A stretch of 34,298 nt of DNA from Chloroflexota bacterium. GTDB taxonomy: Bacteria; Chloroflexota; Anaerolineae; UBA4142. A program made the position numbers and the translations under genes. Position 1 is the stretch's first letter. Every line of letters begins with the position of its first letter. Location of the stretch: the NCBI GenBank assembly GCA_016865935.1, contig VGOB01000030.1, forward strand, positions 1-34,298, in the 5' to 3' direction. The notes beneath the pieces were generated by a model that saw nothing but the letters and a program-made list of their open reading frames with translations, did no database searches and was not told where the DNA came from. Shown in pieces: positions 1-6,950 of the stretch.

Positions 1-215
1 ACTGAAAGTCCAACGGCTCACATAACAAATGCACTTCGTTCAACTCACGCTTTGCGGACATGCGGCGGTAGGACGATGACCGCCAGGGCGAAGGTTGTTT
101 CCCGCCGCACGTCGCAAAGTCTTAGTGTTCTCCGCCACGCCGCATCATTCCGCAGTCGGGCGCGGCAGTCAAAGACTAAAAGGCACCCTGAGATTCTAAT
201 TGAGGATTACCTCGT

Positions 216-491
216 ATGGGAACATTACCCGAGACCACAGTAAATCTTTTGCTGAGTGGCTTGATGGGGGCAATCAGTGGACTCTTCACCGTTCCCATCA
301 ATGCCTATATCTTGTGGATGCTGAAACGTGACGAACTGCATTACAAGCATAAACTCGATGTGATTGCCAAAGAACGCGAGTTATTCTTGGAACATAGATT
401 GGAGATGAAACGCAAAGAACAAAGCGAAAGTGAAATAGCCGAATTGAAAACACGAGTCAAACGGCTAGAACAGAGATTAGGCAATGTATAA
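216..491 (+). CDS. small membrane protein with C-terminal coiled-coil (one TM helix then KRKEQSESEIAELKTRVKRLEQ)
   Basis: 91-aa ORF with a hydrophobic N-terminal helix followed by a charged heptad-like segment. Its stop overlaps the start of the next gene, suggesting an operon. Confidence 0.35.
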   Translation: MGTLPETTVNLLLSGLMGAISGLFTVPINAYILWMLKRDELHYKHKLDVIAKERELFLEHRLEMKRKEQSESEIAELKTRVKRLEQRLGNV

Positions 492-1437
492 CACACTAAT
501 CTTGGTGACGTGGGCAATAGTGGTTTCCATCGTTTGCGCGATTAGCATTACTGCCACGTACCGAAAATTCAAGGGCGTCAAGACCGCACTACTGAACGAG
601 ATTGAGCAGGTAGAGCAGGAACTGTTCAGTGACTTTCAGGAAGTTGGTAGGGCGGAACTTGAACAGACGCACGCGGGCAGGGAGTTGTTGGAACTTATTT
701 CCAAAGAGCATCCTTCTTTCTTCGCTGGCAAGCAAGTCTTGACATCATCCGCAGACGCGCCATCTCAAATCAGACTTCCATTTGCACTTCGCTTTGTGTT
801 GCTGTTAGGGAATGCTACCATATTTTTGAGGTACGCCTTCGTCCCAGAAAGCAATCTTCAAGTCATTTATCGTTTTGGCAAATACTCGGCAGTTAAAGGT
901 CCTGGCATTATCAGTTACCAACGCTTGTTTGAAACGCTAGGACCGTTGGTATACATAGGCAGTCAATTTGCAGAATACACGTTCAACGAGATATTCTCTC
1001 GCGACGCTATGCCCATCAATGTTCGGCTGAGGATGGTTTATAAATTTGACCCACGCTCTACTAAAGATGAAATTGCTCGCGTCTTAGTTTCCCTACCTCG
1101 CGAAGCCCTCGTCAGCATCGTTGAAAAATATCTCCGCTGGGCGTTGATGACGGCTATCGGGAATTATGATACCGCCGAAGTTGTACGCCGTGAAGTAATC
1201 ACAAGTATTGAGGAACACCTAAACACCACCGTTTCAAAGGAGATAGGATTTCTCGGCATTCACTTGGGCAGTAAGCCAAACATATTATCAATCGAATTGC
1301 CTCGCCTTGCAATTGAATCCGCCGAGACCGACCTTCATCGTGCCACTGAACTTGTTGAGCAACTGAACCGATACAAAGCAGGCGAGTCATCAGTTCCTCT
1401 TGAAGAAGTGTTGAGGAACTACGTTTCGAGACGATAG
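484..1437 (+). CDS. SPFH/band-7 (stomatin/prohibitin-like) membrane protein
   Basis: N-terminal TM helix, then a beta-rich core (VIYRFGKYSAVKGPGII...) and a C-terminal helical region (YDTAEVVRREVITSIEEHL...GFLGIHL) with the SPFH pattern. The call is by pattern recognition only. Confidence 0.45.
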   Translation: MYNTLILVTWAIVVSIVCAISITATYRKFKGVKTALLNEIEQVEQELFSDFQEVGRAELEQTHAGRELLELISKEHPSFFAGKQVLTSSADAPSQIRLPFALRFVLLLGNATIFLRYAFVPESNLQVIYRFGKYSAVKGPGIISYQRLFETLGPLVYIGSQFAEYTFNEIFSRDAMPINVRLRMVYKFDPRSTKDEIARVLVSLPREALVSIVEKYLRWALMTAIGNYDTAEVVRREVITSIEEHLNTTVSKEIGFLGIHLGSKPNILSIELPRLAIESAETDLHRATELVEQLNRYKAGESSVPLEEVLRNYVSRR

Positions 1438-1463
1438 AAAGAAAAACGCGAGAATGCGCGAGC

Positions 1464-1552
1464 GGAGAACACACGCGCACCGACAACGGCGGGGCGGCTG
1501 GCAATAGGAAGATACTTTCGATTCGCCCGCCGTTGCGGTGCGCTACAGCGTT
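1464..1552 (+). repeat. copy 1 of a ~100-nt structured imperfect palindrome (GGAACACAC...CGACAACGG...CCGTTGCGG...GCTACAGCGTT)
   Basis: Long imperfect hairpin with a bulged A. It shares conserved flanks with copy 2 at 3495-3605, and the paired positions differ by compensatory changes (CGCACCG/CGGTGCG here versus CACGCCG/CGGCGTG in copy 2). Confidence 0.6.
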
Positions 1553-1588
1553 TGCAGACATTCCTTTTTATTAGCGAAAGGTACGCCT

Positions 1589-2221
1589 ATGCCGATAATG
1601 TCAAGACAATGCGCTTTTCAAGAATTGCCAACCAAAGTTGCCCGAGAATTACAAAGGTATATGGCAACTGACGACAAGGTAATTGCTTGTTTTGAGTCAC
1701 AACGAGAAATTGGAAATAAAGATTTTGGCATTTTCAAGAATTACGGTTTCACTGATTGCTACAATGCCTACGTCATCACCCAAAATCAAGTTGTGATTTA
1801 TATGCACTCTTCGAGCAATTCTTACCCCAATCAAGAATCGCTCTCATCAACGCGACTCATTGATATAGACAACGTCTCTGAGCAGGTAGCAGCCAAATTA
1901 GACTTTAGAGTTTACGCTACCAACAATAGCGGCGGTAACAATACGTATTGCTACTTTGTGTCCCAGCAAGCCGCTCGCCAATTCTCTGAAATATTGCGTC
2001 AGGCAATCAGAGAAGCAAAAACGTCATTGGCATCTACTTCTCAATCAACTCAAACTAATGCTAAACGATGTAACCAATGCGGCGCAAACAATCCACCTGA
2101 CAACGCATTTTGCGGAAAATGTGGCTCGGCACTCACAAAGAAATGCAGTCGTTGCGGAACTGTTAATGATTCTGGGTTCAAATTTTGTGGTGTTTGTGGT
2201 ACGCCACTTGGCAATCCGTGA
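1589..2221 (+). CDS. bacterial PH-like domain protein with C-terminal double zinc ribbon
   Basis: C-terminus has CNQCG..CGKCG and CSRCG..CGVCG motifs (two zinc ribbons). The N-terminal part resembles bPH_2/YokE-like domains. Start taken at ATG 1589, with aaagg 7 nt upstream. Confidence 0.5.
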   Translation: MPIMSRQCAFQELPTKVARELQRYMATDDKVIACFESQREIGNKDFGIFKNYGFTDCYNAYVITQNQVVIYMHSSSNSYPNQESLSSTRLIDIDNVSEQVAAKLDFRVYATNNSGGNNTYCYFVSQQAARQFSEILRQAIREAKTSLASTSQSTQTNAKRCNQCGANNPPDNAFCGKCGSALTKKCSRCGTVNDSGFKFCGVCGTPLGNP

Positions 2222-2460
2222 TACGGAGACACGAAAGAGAACGTCTGCAAACACCTGCCCGCCGATTCCGCCACCGTCGCGGCTTTTTGGCATTGTGACT
2301 TCGCGTTTGCAGCGTGCTTTCATTTCGTGGACACTTTGCGGCGGAATCGGCGGGCGGTAGCGTTCCCCGTCATGCCCTTGCAACTGGAGCATCGTACCAC
2401 TCGCAAGTTGACAAGTCGCGTAATCGAATAGACTCAAGAACATCGAAACCTGGGTGAGAC

Positions 2461-3444
2461 ATGAAAACATTCCTTAGTTCAACTTACATAGACCTCGTTG
2501 AACATCGCAAGGCGGCAACCGAAGCTTTAGAACGTCTCGGACAGCAAGTGGGACGTATGGAAATATTCGGCTCTCAGCCGCTAGAGCCGACACAGGTCGC
2601 TTTGGCGGAAATTGCAACATGTGATTTGTTTGTCGGAATATATGCCTACCGTTATGGTTGCATTCCCGCAGGGTCGCTCTCTTCGATAACAGAACAGGAA
2701 TTCGACTACGCCAAGAAACTCAACAAACCTCTTTTCTGCTTTCTCGTAGACGAAGAACATCCTTGGCCGCCCAAAATGATTGAGGACGAACCTGGCAAAA
2801 CAAAGTTACACTCTTTCAAGGCAAAAATTAGTAGCGGTCTAGTGAGGGATACCTTTACAACGCCCGAAGATTTGGCTTTCAAGGTTGCGGCATCCGTTGG
2901 CAGGTATTTGACGGAAGAACAGCCTTCCAAAGTGAGCCAAAATCCGTATGTTGCGCTATTGAGGCAATCAGATGATTTGGCTACCTTTCTAGAGAAAGCG
3001 GTTCGAGAACTTGAGAACATTACACAGACAGATTACAATCAAGTCTTCTTGATGACTTCATCTACATACTCACGTCAACTCGTTGCAGTAGCGGACGTAA
3101 TACCACCTCACAAACAACGCTATCGGATTGCGACGTTTGCGGGGCTACTTGGGTCGGCAGTATCCACAGGAAAGACACTAAACGTGCAAAAAGTACGAGA
3201 GAGACCAAACTACGTCCAAGCAGTTCTCGAAACAGAATCGGAACTCGTTGTTCCCATTTCAACTGCTGGTGCTGTATTCGGAGTCCTGAATTCGGAGAGC
3301 GAGGAAGCATCCCATTACAAAGAAGAAATACGACGCCAAGTAGAGAATCTGTCCGCAGCAATCGGTGAACTTCTACCTACCTTCGGTTGGTATCCAAGCA
3401 TGTCGGTAGACCATTTGCCGTGGATTCATAGATTACCGAAATAA
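2461..3444 (+). CDS. DUF4062-like (TIR-related Rossmannoid) N-terminal domain fused to a C-terminal GAF-like domain
   Basis: N-terminus FLSSTYIDLVEHRKAATEALERLG...DLFVGIYAYRYGCIP...EQEFDYAKKLNKPLFCFL matches the DUF4062 hallmark (STY.DL..ER......L, E.EY..A...P.L.F). C-terminus VVPISTAGAVFGVLNSESEE... is GAF-like. Confidence 0.5.
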   Translation: MKTFLSSTYIDLVEHRKAATEALERLGQQVGRMEIFGSQPLEPTQVALAEIATCDLFVGIYAYRYGCIPAGSLSSITEQEFDYAKKLNKPLFCFLVDEEHPWPPKMIEDEPGKTKLHSFKAKISSGLVRDTFTTPEDLAFKVAASVGRYLTEEQPSKVSQNPYVALLRQSDDLATFLEKAVRELENITQTDYNQVFLMTSSTYSRQLVAVADVIPPHKQRYRIATFAGLLGSAVSTGKTLNVQKVRERPNYVQAVLETESELVVPISTAGAVFGVLNSESEEASHYKEEIRRQVENLSAAIGELLPTFGWYPSMSVDHLPWIHRLPK

Positions 3445-3494
3445 TATGCTGTCAATCACCAACTGCATTCACAGAAAATGAATTTGCACGAACG

Positions 3495-3605
3495 GGGAAC
3501 ACACACACGCCGACAACGGGATGCGCGCGCTTTTCACGATTGTCGGTTGGCTAAAGAGCAAGTCACTTTCATTTCCTGCATCCCGTTGCGGCGTGCTACG
3601 GCGTT
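3495..3605 (+). repeat. copy 2 of the structured imperfect palindrome
   Basis: Outer stem CACGCCG(A)CAACGGGATGC pairs with GCATCCCGTTGCGGCGTG. Flanks are the same as copy 1. It lies 50 bp downstream of the stop of the 2461-3444 gene, as copy 1 lies downstream of the 484-1437 gene. Confidence 0.6.
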
Positions 3606-3861
3606 CCCGATGGCGCCCAAGACGGTCGAGCGAATTATCCAGGGTTACTCCAAGCGCGCGCTCGGTTTTGCGATCAGTTGGCACTCGCTCCGGACCACGT
3701 ACGTCTCGCGGAGTGTCGAGCTCGAGCAATCGCCAGTCGTTGTGATGGCAAACACCGGCGATAGCCCGGCGACGATCTTGAAATACTACGCCAAACTGCC
3801 CGAGGTCGTGATGCGCCGATTTGTAGATGGCAAGCCGGTGATTCCAGGGGAGAGGGTGTAA
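3598..3861 (+). pseudogene. 5'-truncated tyrosine recombinase (phage integrase family), C-terminal catalytic fragment only
   Basis: PKTVERIIQGYSKRALGFAISWHSLRTTYVSRS...ILKYYAKL has the H-x-x-R ... Y box II pattern of tyrosine integrases. The N-terminal SAM-like and core-binding domains are missing. The upstream reading frame runs through the repeat element. Confidence 0.5.
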
Positions 3862-3885
3862 GCACACAAGAGCAGGTAACAGCAC

Positions 3886-3930
3886 ACAAAAAACCTTCGA
3901 GGCGATGAACTGCCTCGAAGGTTTCGTTTA
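3886..3930. terminator. bidirectional rho-independent terminator
   Basis: Perfect 10-bp stem CCTTCGAGGC / GCCTCGAAGG, with an A-run upstream and a T-rich tract downstream. It sits between convergent genes. Confidence 0.55.
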
Positions 3931-4230
3931 TACAGCAATTGGCACGTAAAGATTGGGTTGGGCTTGACGCCAATGCGCTCTTTTGCTCGACTGGAGTCGC
4001 GCAAACACAATTGGTTTGTCGCGGCGGGCAAACGCATCCAGCAACCTCATATTGTAGAGTCGCATTTCGGGATCGTCGTCCGGTAGGATGACCAACTCAA
4101 AGTCACTGGGTAACGACGCCAGAACTTTCGGCTCTGCCAGCAAAAAGCGCATCAAATCGCCCAGCAGCGCGATGTTGCGCTCGACGACGCGTCGTGGTTT
4201 TCTGATCGGCGCAGTTACTTTTCTTTCCAT
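3928..4230 (-). CDS. hypothetical protein (downstream of the PIN gene)
   Basis: 100-aa ORF co-directional with the toxin-antitoxin pair. No recognisable domain. Confidence 0.3.
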   Translation of the reverse strand: MERKVTAPIRKPRRVVERNIALLGDLMRFLLAEPKVLASLPSDFELVILPDDDPEMRLYNMRLLDAFARRDKPIVFARLQSSKRAHWRQAQPNLYVPIAV

Positions 4231-4245
4231 TTGGGGTGTTCCCCA

Positions 4246-4704
4246 TTAGACTTGGGCAAGATACTCGGTGGGCGTGAGTATGCGCAAACTTGATTTGCCT
4301 TTGAAATGCCGTGCGTTCCATGTAACAAAACTCGTTACGCTCGGGGTTCGTTCCGCGAGATTCAGCGCAAGCGCATCCATGAACGCCATGCGGTGCATCC
4401 GCATTTTGGCAAACGGTTGATCCATGATTTCTGATTTGAAGTTGATCGTCGCAGTTGGATTGTCGAGTCCCACCGGCGCGAGCACACTCAGGTTATATAC
4501 TTCGATGAGCCATTCGCGCCAATTATCAAATTTTGCCGGAGCAAGGTTGAACGACAATTGTCCCAAAAGTTCCATCAAGTTGTACACGGTGATGGCGGGT
4601 TCCTCGGTCCGGACGCGCTCCAGAAATTCAGAATTGACTGTTTGACGCGCGTCACTCTGAAACGCGAATTCGAGCAAGAGAACGTCGGTGTCTATGACGA
4701 CCAT
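4246..4704 (-). CDS. vapC: PIN-domain ribonuclease toxin (VapC-like)
   Basis: MVVIDTDVLL start and conserved acidic residues (IDTD, LMELL, FMDAL, TWNARHF), typical of PIN/VapC. It overlaps the upstream small antitoxin ORF by 13 nt. Confidence 0.7.
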   Translation of the reverse strand: MVVIDTDVLLLEFAFQSDARQTVNSEFLERVRTEEPAITVYNLMELLGQLSFNLAPAKFDNWREWLIEVYNLSVLAPVGLDNPTATINFKSEIMDQPFAKMRMHRMAFMDALALNLAERTPSVTSFVTWNARHFKGKSSLRILTPTEYLAQV

Positions 4705-4964
4705 GAACGCCCTCGCAAGCGGATCATCGTTTCTTCGAGCGTGCCGGTTACTTTGCCTGCTAGTTCCTTGCGAATCTCAGCGGCGAGGCGACGCCCACGT
4801 CGAATCGCCACGGGCGAACCCGTCGGGCGCATGATGTACACGCGCGGCGTCCTGTCCAGTTCGGCGCGCAAGCGGTTTTGTTGAGCGAGTGGCAGTGCTC
4901 GAACATTCTCCAATATCTGGCGATAGGTTAGGCGCGGTTTGCGCCGAGTCATTACCATAGGCAC
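4692..4964 (-). CDS. putative antitoxin of the PIN toxin (VapB-like)
   Basis: 90-aa basic ORF immediately upstream of the PIN gene and overlapping it, the classic toxin-antitoxin arrangement. No strong domain signature. Confidence 0.4.
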   Translation of the reverse strand: MPMVMTRRKPRLTYRQILENVRALPLAQQNRLRAELDRTPRVYIMRPTGSPVAIRRGRRLAAEIRKELAGKVTGTLEETMIRLRGRSWSS

Positions 4965-5021
4965 CTCCGTACCAATTATACATCAATTTTGATTTTGGTG
5001 AAATTCGACGATCTGGTCACA

Positions 5022-5303
5022 TCATCCCTTCGCGCATTGATCGATCTCGTCTTGCTTGATCGTCCGCTTTTGATATTTCTCCGCAAACTCAATGATGCTT
5101 GACCGCGCGATTTTCACCGCCGCGTTTCGGTCTGGTCCCACGCGAAACCCCTTCAATTCCCCGCCCGCAAAGTAGCGCAGCACCTGTACCTTGGACAAAT
5201 ACAACACGCGCGCCGCGATGCTCGCCGACACGTACTTGGTCGGTGCTGGGTCAGCGCGTTTGAGTTGCAGCACGCCGAGTTGGAAATTCTTGCGCCGTTT
5301 CAT
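5022..5303 (-). CDS. excisionase/MerR-family HTH DNA-binding protein
   Basis: YVSASIAARVLYLSKVQVLRYFAGGELKGFRVGPDRNAAVKIARSSIIEF matches the excisionase-family DNA-binding domain (winged HTH: sv.EaA.lLgvs..tv.rl...G.l....vG). Confidence 0.5.
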   Translation of the reverse strand: MKRRKNFQLGVLQLKRADPAPTKYVSASIAARVLYLSKVQVLRYFAGGELKGFRVGPDRNAAVKIARSSIIEFAEKYQKRTIKQDEIDQCAKG

Positions 5304-5389
5304 ATCTCAAGTATATCATATCGTTTCAAATAGACCAAATGTTCGATTCGTTACATTCATTCGTTTCGTAACATCTTGCCGCCAAAGTC

Positions 5390-5419
5390 TTGACATTTGG
5401 CTTCGCGCGGGTGTATAGT
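5390..5419 (+). promoter_or_regulatory. sigma70-like promoter (TTGACA, 18-bp spacer, TATAGT)
   Basis: TTGACAtttggcttcgcgcgggtgTATAGT, immediately upstream of the first plus-strand gene of the phage-like module. Confidence 0.4.
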
Positions 5420-5443
5420 ATCAGCGTGGAAAGCAAAGCGTTC

Positions 5444-5605
5444 ATGAAAAATCTGCTGCTCCTCAAGCTGCACGAGTGGCTGGAGTCGATTGAACCTATG
5501 CTGGAGTGTTCTAGGTTTCGCGGTACGTTTCAGTTGGCTCTCGACGTTGACATGGAAAAACGTGATGTGAAGCTGAAGACCTACGTGCAGCAACCAACAA
5601 CTTGA
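5444..5605 (+). CDS. small hypothetical protein (53 aa)
   Basis: ATG preceded by GGAAAG. Lies between the promoter and a strong terminator. Confidence 0.35.
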   Translation: MKNLLLLKLHEWLESIEPMLECSRFRGTFQLALDVDMEKRDVKLKTYVQQPTT

Positions 5606-5625
5606 AATTGATTCGGCGCGCTGGA

Positions 5626-5670
5626 AAATGCAACCGAACCCGTTCCCTGGGTCGGTTGCATTTTTGTTTG
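5626..5670 (+). terminator. rho-independent terminator
   Basis: Stem TGCAACCGAACC / GGTCGGTTGCA followed by TTTTTGTTTG. Confidence 0.55.
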
Positions 5671-5737
5671 TTTCTGCCATCGTGGGGGATTGCCCCTCGA
5701 TCATTCCGCGCGAACGCGCAACCAAAGGAGAGTCTCT

Positions 5738-6025
5738 ATGTTAGTGCAAGGGTTAGTCGTCGGCGTCAAGGATGCGTCCTACGACTCCAAGCGTGAACCG
5801 GGCAAGAAAGTCGCCCAGTGGCAAATCGATCTGTACGACGACACGGCGGGCGTCCAGTCCTGCCAAATGGCGGGCGGCGCGAATGTGCTGCCCCCGGCGG
5901 TGCGGACGGACATCATCGCCGACGTCACCGCGATCCGGAAGCTGACGTTCGGCACCGGAATTCAATTGACGATTGCCAACGTCCGTCCGGCGAACGCGCC
6001 ACCGGCTGGCAAGCCGCCACGCTAG
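5738..6025 (+). CDS. hypothetical protein, possible ssDNA-binding (gV-like) by position
   Basis: RBS AAAGGAG 7 nt upstream of the ATG. ~95 aa, beta-rich, and located just before the small coat-like genes. No direct motif evidence. Confidence 0.4.
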   Translation: MLVQGLVVGVKDASYDSKREPGKKVAQWQIDLYDDTAGVQSCQMAGGANVLPPAVRTDIIADVTAIRKLTFGTGIQLTIANVRPANAPPAGKPPR

Positions 6026-6160
6026 AACAAACGAGGTCAAGGCGGCGGGAACGTGCGAGATTTGGGCGTATGCCTCGGGTAGGTAGTGCATCAAGCTGCT
6101 AGCGATCTCGCGGACCTCATTTGATTTAATCCTCTTACTTTTTCCCCTGGAGTACGTGAA

Positions 6161-6385
6161 ATGTGGGCAGGCTTTTGGTGTTCGAGTTGTAAAATCTTCG
6201 GGCTCGCTTGTCGTATTTGGGTCCCGCAGCATTGCTCGCTGGACAACAATCAATCCCTCATCGTGCAGTGGTTCAATTGGCAACCGGTTGTAATGACGAT
6301 CTCGATTGTCGTCGCGGTCTCTGTTGCTATTTTCCTCATCGCCTACTTTTCGAGTACCGTGCTCAATCTGCTTCATCAAAAGTAA
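6161..6385 (+). CDS. small membrane protein (74 aa), minor coat-like candidate
   Basis: GGAG RBS. C-terminal TM helix VVMTISIVVAVSVAIFLIAYF. Confidence 0.4.
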   Translation: MWAGFWCSSCKIFGLACRIWVPQHCSLDNNQSLIVQWFNWQPVVMTISIVVAVSVAIFLIAYFSSTVLNLLHQK

Positions 6386-6397
6386 ACGGGGTGTGTT

Positions 6398-6889
6398 ATG
6401 CAACAAGGTGCAATGTGGGGCGCGTTAGTCGGGACGTTGACTAATCAGCGTCTGACCCAGGACATCACGAAATATTTGGAGTGGTCTGTGATTGTCTTTG
6501 TCTTTGGCGTTCCGATCTGCATCATCGTCGCCAGTTACATCACGGAGGGCGTTTTCAAGTTGAGCAAGACGGTTGCGGGAATGGGTGCGGCGAAGATGCA
6601 GAACACTAACCGCAAAGTGGCGGACGATTGGAAAATGGCGACTGCGGGAGGTAGTTTTGCCGGTTCGTGGAGATCGGAAACGGGGCAGTACGGAGAGGTC
6701 AAGCAAGAGCTGGGCAAGTTGGGCTACGTGCGCGGAGGCAATCAGATGGATACGGAATACTGGGTTGCCTTGGAGCATAAACAAGGGCGTCCTGACGTGA
6801 TCAAGGTGCAAACCTTCAGCGATCAGGTTCAAGCGGCGCGCGCGCAAGGGTCTCGCCCCAAGCGCAAAGTTGGGCCGGTGAAGAAATGA
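6398..6889 (+). CDS. membrane protein (163 aa)
   Basis: TM helix WSVIVFVFGVPICIIVASYI followed by a soluble domain. Confidence 0.45.
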   Translation: MQQGAMWGALVGTLTNQRLTQDITKYLEWSVIVFVFGVPICIIVASYITEGVFKLSKTVAGMGAAKMQNTNRKVADDWKMATAGGSFAGSWRSETGQYGEVKQELGKLGYVRGGNQMDTEYWVALEHKQGRPDVIKVQTFSDQVQAARAQGSRPKRKVGPVKK

Positions 6890-6950
6890 TCGGGAAAATT
6901 TATTTCCGCGTTTGCCTTTTTGTGTGGGGCATCTTGTCAGGGGCGATCAA

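Noticed and set aside
1956-2470. Overlapping ORFs 1956-2360 (+) and 2045-2470 (-)
   Set aside because: They overlap the zinc-ribbon C-terminus of the 1589-2221 gene and the intergenic spacer. No RBS and no domain signal.
5753-6406. 217-aa minus-strand ORF
   Set aside because: Arg/Asp-rich antisense shadow of the plus-strand genes in a GC-rich region. No RBS. It conflicts with the RBS-bearing plus-strand genes.
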